Shown here: in pieces, positions 23,901 through 32,059 of the stretch
How positions within the stretch are numbered: the stretch's first letter is position 1
How the letters are laid out: every line of letters starts with the position of its first letter
DNA from: Trypethelium eluteriae
Lineage: Eukaryota
Direction of reading: 5' to 3'
DNA: 32,059 nt
Assembly (NCBI GenBank): GCA_051942245.1
Contig: JAVECL010000264.1
Span: 1 to 32,059, forward strand
Position numbers and translations under genes: made by a program
The notes under the pieces: model-generated
Database searches by the model: none
Told to the model about the DNA's origin: nothing
The model's input: only the letters and a program-made list of their open reading frames with translations

Positions 23901-24343
23901 GCACCGCACCTATAGGATAAACGCGTCATTATAAGTGGACGCAGTCTCTACAAGCATGCTACAGCGACGTGGTTGGACTTTGTAGAAAAACACAACCACT
24001 TACTTTTCTCGCGTGGCAGGTCTGTTGAAGTAGGTAATGTCAGCACTTTGAAAATGATTGATCGACGAAAACCTCGGTACCGAGGCATGATAAGGGTCGA
24101 CTGGGGACGAAAGCTTACCTCGCAGGCTCTCGATGCGCGTTGTCTGTACACAACGAAAATCATATCAGCCATTTCATCTATCGCACAGTGCCATGGCTGC
24201 AGGACTGAGAAAAGGCGGTCACGGGGGCAGACGCTTCTGTCTACTCACCTTCGAAAGCTTGGATGGCCTGGGGTTTGACTGCTGGGGGCACCGTTCCGAG
24301 CGATTGTGGTCGGCATGTCCATAATTTGGGGTTCAGATGCCAT
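20985..24343 (-). CDS. farA: Zn(II)2Cys6 transcription factor FarA / cutinase transcription factor 1 alpha, 10 exons, 906 aa
   Basis: Exons 24343-24249, 24143-24119, 24021-24004, 23909-23788, 23716-22980, 22919-22847, 22795-22367, 22317-22126, 22075-21104 and 21042-20985 total 2721 nt. The zinc cluster reads RQRASRACETCHARKVRCDAASLGVPCTNCVAFSIEC. Other blocks: AYLGESSNL, LMGWYWEGPED, RLWKRIWWTLFTRDRSVAVALGRP, and C-terminal LNVEDWFQFFGI. Confidence 0.95.
24072..24085. promoter_or_regulatory. Palindromic pair of FarA/FarB core sites (CCTCGG-TA-CCGAGG) in farA intron 2
   Basis: Perfect 14-bp palindrome CCTCGGTACCGAGG inside intron 24118-24022. CCTCGG is the established FarA/FarB core site in Aspergillus nidulans. 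Function here is inferred. Confidence 0.45.
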
Positions 24344-26738
24344 CAAGCGATATTCCGACGTATATAGCCAGACGACATGTAGCGCGCTTGAAGGAAGGAC
24401 GATGACGGCAACTCTGAGCACGGCACGATAGAGTCTGAGACTCGCAAGCGATACCACGGGTACAACCGGGATAGTCGGCAGCGGTGGCTTCGGTCGGACA
24501 AGCGAATCTGGTCGCAGCGGTGCGAGAAGGACGGGCAGTGGGCAGACAGGATCGTGGAGTTCCAGGGGAGAGCAGAGGAGGATATGATCACCAGGATCTA
24601 CAATTCGAGATGGCGGGGCGGGGATAGATGGATGACAGCGACGAAGCAAGCTTCACCCGTGGGCCAAGCGACGGGAACAGACCCACGGACAATCAGCCAT
24701 AATCACGGTTCCTGCAAGTGTGAGCCCAAGCCCGGCCAGCCTTAGCCAGGCCGACGCCATTGGGTTCTGACTAGCTCTACTACCAGTATGGGGTGATGGA
24801 GTGGCTAATACTCCTCCATCTTACTCCATCTTAGCACCAGCAGCCAACGCACCCCAGCCTTGCCCGACTTATTCCCCGCATTCGCGCCTTGAGCTCACGC
24901 CCCCTGTTTCACACATAATACACGTCGATGGTGCCTATAATACACTCGCATCGGAGCTTCCACCAAAGTTGGGCCTTTGCAGCATCGCCAAACGGAGAAT
25001 GTTTCCTGCTCTTCGCTGAGCCACCCGGAAGGCGGATCCGAACGTCGATGTGCTGCAGACATCCCACCGCGACGGATCAAGACGGCTCGCTTCGACCTGG
25101 TTTTCGTCTCTATTGCCGCCTTCGGCCGTGAAACGTCTAGGCCACTACCCATTCTGGCCCTCTAGGGGAACTGACGGAGGCCAAGCAAATTTCGACCCTG
25201 CATCCAGAGCAGAATTTCGAACGCAACCCATCTGCTTGCTGGTTGTTGATTTCTGCAAGCCTAAGGCAGGTACTAACCAGTCCCTACTGGTCCCTTATCA
25301 CGAGGCCCTCCATCAGGTATGTAAGGTATGCTTAGACCAGCGGCGGGATCGAGACCAGCGCGGATCTCGAGTTTGCGACAAGATACCACGAGGAACAGCG
25401 CTCGGACCTATGTTGCATCAATTGCAACCTTAATAACGCAGGTTTGGCTCCAAGAACGGTTCAACGTGGATATCCCGTCGTCGTTACGATTTGGCCAGAG
25501 ATCCAAAACCACCGAAAACACCGAAAATTCTAGAAGTTTGAGAATCATGGCCAAAACTTAACTCAAATCAAAGCTTAAATCAAATCTTAAAATCGGATCA
25601 TACCACCGACGAGACTGTGGAGCGGTGGCGCAAGCGTTTTGAACGGCCCCAGTTTGCCAGGAGTCGTGACCAATTTCACGCTTTAGCGTTATGGCCCCTC
25701 CGTGTCGGGTCATTTCAGGCAGTGCATCCTGCAGAGCCTCCATCAAGTCAGATCTCTCCGTACTCCATAAGCATGCGTTAGTTTCTCAAACTCGTTGAAC
25801 CATTGTCCAACGGTGACAAGTCGTACACGCTACATGAGTCGCGCCGCTAGAGTTACCGTACATAGTCCCAAGATCAGAATCGCATGCAAGCCTACGGAGT
25901 ACCGTGGCTCATGGGTTCGGTCGACAAAACATTGAGTACAGGATTAGTGATGTGCCAGCTTTACACTTGAAATACAAAGGACGCTTGGCAATTGACAAGT
26001 CTGTAGGAATCCTTGACTAACAGAACTTACCTGTACCCTGCACATATTGAGTTTAATGGCTCGACTCAAAAGACTTGAGGTTCCCTACAATCAGAGATTA
26101 CACCCCTGGGAACCCCTGGAATTTTCCGGACAACTCTGTATTACCTTAGGTACAGTAGAATTCAGGTCACGTGGTCAAACATCCTACTCGACGCTTTTAT
26201 CATAGTCCCGCAGAGACAAAGCTTTCGGTGGAATGTACATTATGTGCGCAGCCAGTACTGCTGGGAAGGAATGGCGAAATGCCTTTTTAGGAATTCCGAT
26301 GTCCCCGGACTTTTCGCCATACACAAGCCCCAACGGCTACCCCAACTGACGTATGTCTGCTGCGAATTTTACCTATGACATAAACAGGAATCCCGACACT
26401 TTAAAAAGCGTTCGCGTAGACCATGCCGAACAAACACTCCTATCTTGCCACAAAGGTGGACACGCAAACCTCCAGTCGCACCGAAAGAATACATTATCAC
26501 GGCACCGGCAAGACCAAATCATTTGAGTCCCAAGCCCCTCATACGTCGTCATCAATCTCCAGGATCTCAACCTCCCCCTCCAGGATCACCAGCTCGACCC
26601 CAGAAATCCAGCTTCCCAGCGACAAGTCATCCGCCTACGACACAAGCCAACTCTAGCTGATCAGCTGCCCACCGCTCTGGCCTAAGCTCAGTTCTTCCCA
26701 CTGCAACCCCACCAAAAAAAGCCCCCCATCCCACAAGC

Positions 26739-27251
26739 ATGTCCGCCAACGGCTCCACCCCAACAGACAAACTCCGCATCGTCGTCGGCTGCGACGACGC
26801 CGGCCTCACCTACAAGAACACGCTGGCCGCCGACCTGCGCTCCTCGCCTTACGTCGAGTCAGTCGAAGACGTCGGGGTGAACGGCAAAGACGACAAGACC
26901 GCATACCCACATGTCGCCGTGGACGCCGCGAAGTTGGTTGCGGCGGGCAAAGCCGACCGGGCGCTGCTGATCTGCGGGACGGGGCTGGGGGTCGCGATCT
27001 CCGCGAACAAGGTGCCGGGGATTCGGGCGGTGACGGCGCACGACCCGTTCAGTGTGGAGCGGGCGGTGCTGAGCAATGATGCGCAGGTGCTGTGTATGGG
27101 GGAGCGGGTGGTGGGGTTGGAGCTGGCGAGGAAGTTGGCCAAGGAGTGGGTGACGTTGAGGTTTGATACGGGGAGTGGTAGTGCGGCGAAGGTGAAGGCG
27201 ATTATGGAGCATGAGCAGAAGAATTATGAGCAGGATGGGGTGAAGGCCTGA
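26739..27251 (+). CDS. rpiB: RpiB/LacA/LacB family sugar-phosphate isomerase, 170 aa
   Basis: [59 protein letters not shown]. Confidence 0.93.
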   Translation: MSANGSTPTDKLRIVVGCDDAGLTYKNTLAADLRSSPYVESVEDVGVNGKDDKTAYPHVAVDAAKLVAAGKADRALLICGTGLGVAISANKVPGIRAVTAHDPFSVERAVLSNDAQVLCMGERVVGLELARKLAKEWVTLRFDTGSGSAAKVKAIMEHEQKNYEQDGVKA

Positions 27252-27745
27252 ATCACAAGAGGAGGGTGAGAGCTTCGCAGTCTCTGGGATGGGGAAGCGA
27301 CGGTGTGGTTGCTTTGGAATGGACTTCGATGATTGCAGATGTAGGCACGTGATGGATTTACTTTCCTGGTTCTGTACGACGCATGATCCAAGGTAGGATC
27401 TCACCGCAGTCGCTCGTGATGAAAATTCTTTGTATTTAGCAAGTGCGAACATGAGAGAGAAACCACTAAGGTATAGGTCTGCACTTTGCGATTGCCTATT
27501 GCAGCCATTTGGTAAGAATTAGGAAGTCAACTCCGGCCAGTTGCATGTGGTGCATTCGCAATCGTTTCCTTAAGCCTTAGGTACCCATCACGCCTTCTTC
27601 AGAAGGTCCTCCCTTATCAAAAACCTTGTCTAGGTTCTTCATGTCCTCAACTTCTCTTCGTTAATTCACTCATTCTGGTTGAACTTTGAAAGCATCTTGA
27701 TCGACAACACCCACCATCAAGCAACATCAGTCAACATCAGTCAAG

Positions 27746-28871
27746 ATGCAGCTCATTATGCTTCTACTTCCCTTTATCACAACGGCCGTTGCTGTGCCAG
27801 CAAGCCCTGCTTGTGGTCAAGCTAGCTACGATCCTCTTCAAGTACGACAAATAGCTGGGTCATCTTCAGGAGTACTGCAATATCTTTGTGATCCAGAGCT
27901 AACGCGGCTTCGCTACCAATAGTACCAGTGCGACGATGGCCGCCTCTGCCCAATTACCAACGGCGATGTCCAACGTCGTTGCGGCAATGCTTGCTACTCG
28001 CAATACAACTATACGTCAGTATACTTCATTCTATAGCTTCTCACAGATTCTCTCCTCATCTTGCTCTTCACTGTGTCAACTCTTTCATAATTCTCCACAT
28101 ACACTTGATGTCATTCACTTCGAGGCATCACAGCTGACACTCGTCGCCTTTCAGCTGCTCAGCAAATCATACACTCAAATCCCTTCCTCACGCTGTTGGC
28201 CCTTTCCTGCTTCAGGTCCTCTCGGCAAACTCAAGCTTAAACGGACAATATGTTCAAGCATGCACTAGCCGCTTCTGGATCGGCGATGGACCTTGCACAT
28301 ACTGTCCACAGAACGTCTCCCGGATCGGACAGTGCCCACCTGCTGGTCAGACGCAGCTATTTGAGGGTTCTGCAATGGTAAGCAACCTCAATTCACTTCA
28401 CTTCTCCAAGCATTTCCATCCCCTTTCCCTGTAGCAGCACCCATTCATGCTCGTGACATTATCGTTTCGAGCCAACACTTTGATATTTTCCGTCCACGGC
28501 TAAGCATGATTTCGAACCAGAACGTTGAAGTCCCTGGCGGTCAAAAGTACTACCTCGCCCCTGATGGCGCCCTCTCATACACCGGCATCAACGTCGGCGA
28601 AATTCCAGAGGGAGCCGTCCTCAATGCCACTGCTTACCAGGATGGCATGTTCATCTACGACGAGGTCAAGTACCCACCTTCTACCTGGATGGCATGTCCG
28701 AAAATCAACGGGACGAGCCTTGCTGGGGGAAGGAAACCCACACCTGGCGTCTGGCAGGTTTTTGGGATATTGAAGGGAGTTTCATTTCAGAACAGGCTGG
28801 GATGTGTTGGAGTGACCTTGTTAGCGAGGGCCGGGGAGAAGCAGTTTGTGGGAGCATGGGAGTATACTTGA
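27746..28871 (+). CDS. Secreted protein: signal peptide, CBM52-like module and IgE-binding-protein-like cell-wall domain (4 exons, 253 aa)
   Basis: Exons 27746-27841, 27923-28014, 28155-28377 and 28521-28871 (762 nt, canonical GT-AG introns with branch sites). Signal MQLIMLLLPFITTAVA; CGQASYDPLQYQCDDGRLCPITNG....CGNACYSQYNYTC is the CBM52 Cys pattern; then FWIG..PCTYCP...CPP...VEVPGGQKYYLAPDGALSYT...GAWEYT. Confidence 0.85.
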
Positions 28872-30964
28872 GTTGATTTCGAGCGAGGTTGACGGACGAC
28901 CGAGGGAAGAAAGGAGAGACTTGTGGGGCATCAAACAAGAAGTACAAGAGAAAAGCATGGATACAAAACATTGGTAACGCGTGAGCACGTGAGGTAATGA
29001 AGGGGAAGACGGTGGCGATGCAGGGGTTCGGCGAAGGCTGATCTAGTGCCATTACCATGCACCGAGCTAAATAGAAGTAGATATTTGGAAACCCAGGATC
29101 TGAGCATCCCTTGTCGCCTACCTTTGCATCGGCAAGCTATCTGTTTTTGGCCTCTAGTGAGTGTAGTGTTCTAGACTGCATACACTAGCTTTGCGTCACA
29201 GGCCCGACTCGATGTCCGTTAAAGCCCGTAGTCTCTCCAACCCTAATATTTATGCGACCTCCCATTCACATGGACCGAGAAATTGGTCTCCGCGGCAGGC
29301 ACATTGTTCGTACAGGACATGATTGTTCCTGACTGGTTGCAATAGAGTTGATGCCACCGTTGCCGCAGGTGGTGGTCAGCCCGTTTGCACCCTTTCATAC
29401 GGGTGGATGCGGGGCAGGGTCGCGATGCCGAGGTGTTTCTCTTTTTGGAATCGGGGGGCACAAGACTTTCGCCCCATCGAGGCAATGGACAATTAAACAA
29501 TTGGATGGAAGAACGGTTGCATGAAAGTTGTGACGTTGTAGTGGAATTCCAAATGTTGGGAAGGTGCCGGAGGTATCAGTGAATATGCTGGTTGCTTGGA
29601 AAGCCCCTGATAGAAGGAGAAACATAAGGTATAAAGATAATTGTTGACCCAAGACATGAGACCAAAAAGCAAATAGGAAATGCTAAAACAACGGGTGCCC
29701 CAAAAACTGCACATACGAGACAAACTCTGAAAGGGTAAGAGACCATCATCTGATATTTATATTAGAAGTTAGTCAAAGTCGTAACCAGTCTTACTCCTCT
29801 TCAGTCTCAGATTCGATCGCTCTCTGCGCAAGCAAAATGATCTTGCTTTTGGTCCTCAAGAATCACCAAGTGTCATTGAAATGACATATCTGTAGGGACC
29901 GACGCTACATAGCAGTGCCTGTAGTGGGTCAGATATCGGTCACCGATAGCTCCTACAAGTGAAAATGGTGAGTTCTTGTAACGCTGGCCCAGAAGTACTA
30001 GTTCATGCCCATGTCGTGCCGCCATGTCAATCGACGATTAGATATAATGATATTAGCTTGAACAAATGGGCAATACTTAGAGTATCATTTACTAATGCCG
30101 AAAGCAAGCCACCAAGCAAATCTAGCCATATGATCAAGCTCCGCAGGGACTAAAGAAGGGGGTTTGTTCTAGATTTGGGCCTCAAGTCGCGGTGCGACGG
30201 TATCGACTGTCAGTGGTGAACCGTAATCAAGCTGCCAGATAGCTTCGAGAATTTTCTTTCATTCTGTCTGACAAGATTTCTGAGCTCCTCTGTATGATAC
30301 TACCATCCATCCTTTGTGGATCAAGTAAAATTCTCGAAAGATCTACACGAATACCTCAATTGGAAGACTCGGCTGCACAGAAGTATCCCTCTTGGGTCAG
30401 ACAACGATACGAGGCCAGCATGGGCCAAAGTTGTCCGTGTAATCCAGGATATGCCCATGCCCATGCCAAGTATATGGTGACTAACCACGGTGCTTGTGTC
30501 TTAGAGAAAATCATGTGTCACATCCTTTGGGAAATGTAGGACGGTAAGTCCAAGCGGTTCCACTCGGTGCATCAGGTATTGGTATCGCACAATTGGATCG
30601 AGTCGTACAGTGACATTTTCGGTCAAGCTCTGTTGTTTGACAGCTTGCGAGAACACAGAAATGTTGGGTCCAAGCAGTTGCACAAAGTTGTGGGCTTACA
30701 TTGGGCGATTAGGTGCTAAGTTGGCATCTCCGTTCGGCAAAACCCCGGAGTATCGGAGTACCTCCATCCTGCTGATCCGGTCCGGGCATCGTCTGGAGTT
30801 CCCACCAGTTATCGATTTAGGCATTTACCTTGGGTGGCCGCGTAACTACGCTCTCAATGGGTCACCTTACCCCGATAGATCCATGAGAATATCTCAAGAC
30901 ATTTCATGAGAGGATTTTCTAACTTTATGACGCCCAAATTCCCGTATCATTGGCTTCATCGGCC

Positions 30965-32059
30965 ATGAGCTCTCAGCAGTCTCGCTCTGGAACCTCAACT
31001 GCTGCTCCTTCCTCTTCCTCACTTCGGCCTCGCACCCAGCGATTGATATCCGGACTTGAGGACCCTGCAGAATTCGATCTTGATGAAACATCTGCCCAAA
31101 GTTTCAATCGCGACTCTCCGTTTCACACCCCATTCGGATCTAGAGCACCGAGCCCCATCCCAAGTGCCAATCCATCGAGGTCTACGTCTTCACGTCCCGC
31201 CGGTAGATCAAAACCTTCTAACAATTCTCGTGTCCTTAGTCCGTCTTCTCGAAACACATCCCATGACACCCTCGGATCGTTGTCAAAAGCGTGGGGAAAT
31301 TCTTGGTCGGCATTGCAAGGTCTCGCGTCAGATCTGCTGAATCCGGATGCTGGAACTACGATTAAGGATAAGACTCCAAGTCAAAGAAGACGGCCGCCAA
31401 TACCCAATCGCAACGCAACAAGTGCGCCGAACCAGTGGGGAGTCTCAACATCTGATGTGAACCAAATAGGGGTTGGGTCGAAGGCTGAAAGGGAAGCCTT
31501 AGTCAGAGCTAGAAAGAGGGAGAATCTATTACAACAAGCAGCAAATGGACAAATACAATCGGATGCTCTGGGAAGAATCAAGAGAAGGTCATCAGATGAC
31601 CGAACCTCTTCATCTGCACCTCCTGGAGAAAATGAAGATCGCGATGCATTAGTCTATTTACATCATGTTAATCCTCAGGATACCATGGCGGGAATTACAA
31701 TCAGATACAACTGCCAAGCAGCAATTCTACGGAAAGCAAACCGCATGTGGCACAATGATAATCCTCAAGTCCGGAAAATTTTAGTTATTCCTATTGATGC
31801 CAGTGGAGTAAAAGGAAAACCAGTCCCGGCGCCGCAAGAAGAAAAGGCCCCAGACCAGGAGATTCCGGCCGTGGAATCATCTTCTTTGATCGATACTTCC
31901 TCTAGCTCAGAGCTACCTAATGGCTGGCATTCGCCTCCTTCTCGCCGCCGCGCTTCATCTGCTGCCCAAGATAATACCCTCACCTCATCACATCCGCTTT
32001 CATCAGCATCTCTCGAACCTCCACCCTGGACCCACGACTCTTGGGTCCTCCTACCAAAC
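30965..32059 (+). CDS. Intracellular LysM-domain protein, partial (runs off the window end)
   Basis: The frame is open from ATG 30965 to the window end, with no stop, so the ORF track misses it. It has LRPRTQRLIS and SWSALQGLAS, then DALVYLHHVNPQDTMAGITIRYNCQAAILRKANRMWHNDNPQVRKILVIP (LysM pattern). No signal peptide. Confidence 0.88.
   Translation, partial: MSSQQSRSGTSTAAPSSSSLRPRTQRLISGLEDPAEFDLDETSAQSFNRDSPFHTPFGSRAPSPIPSANPSRSTSSRPAGRSKPSNNSRVLSPSSRNTSHDTLGSLSKAWGNSWSALQGLASDLLNPDAGTTIKDKTPSQRRRPPIPNRNATSAPNQWGVSTSDVNQIGVGSKAEREALVRARKRENLLQQAANGQIQSDALGRIKRRSSDDRTSSSAPPGENEDRDALVYLHHVNPQDTMAGITIRYNCQAAILRKANRMWHNDNPQVRKILVIPIDASGVKGKPVPAPQEEKAPDQEIPAVESSSLIDTSSSSELPNGWHSPPSRRRASSAAQDNTLTSSHPLSSASLEPPPWTHDSWVLLPN

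Noticed and set aside
24344..26738. Many short ORFs and small direct repeats between farA and rpiB
   Set aside because: This is the divergent promoter/UTR region; the ORFs lack family features and the repeats are only 2-3 short copies.
29243..29723. Possible small secreted-protein ORFs on the minus strand
   Set aside because: There is a hydrophobic stretch, but no coherent gene model or motif.

Overview
Intron-rich nuclear DNA from a filamentous ascomycete (Pezizomycotina-type GT..CTRAC..YAG introns and gene families). The conserved genes are: an intronless mitochondrial class-2 dihydroorotate dehydrogenase (2341-4197), the Zn2Cys6 regulator FarA/Ctf1-alpha (10 exons, minus strand), an RpiB-family isomerase, a 4-exon secreted CBM52 plus IgE-binding-protein-like cell-wall protein, and the 5' part of an intracellular LysM protein. 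Between DHODH and farA lies an accessory-looking block of about 14 kb. It holds a protein with an RHxxxH HEPN-like motif tail-to-tail with a zinc-finger/APH-type kinase, a decayed paralog of that kinase, a broken LITAF gene overlapping an intact GIY-YIG nuclease ORF, a 12-exon homocitrate synthase that looks divergent, and a HET-domain pseudogene interrupted by a 181-bp hairpin MITE with a TA target-site duplication. All exon structures were read by hand. Family calls come from motif recognition and recalled consensus sequences, not database searches. No tRNA, rRNA or CRISPR was seen.
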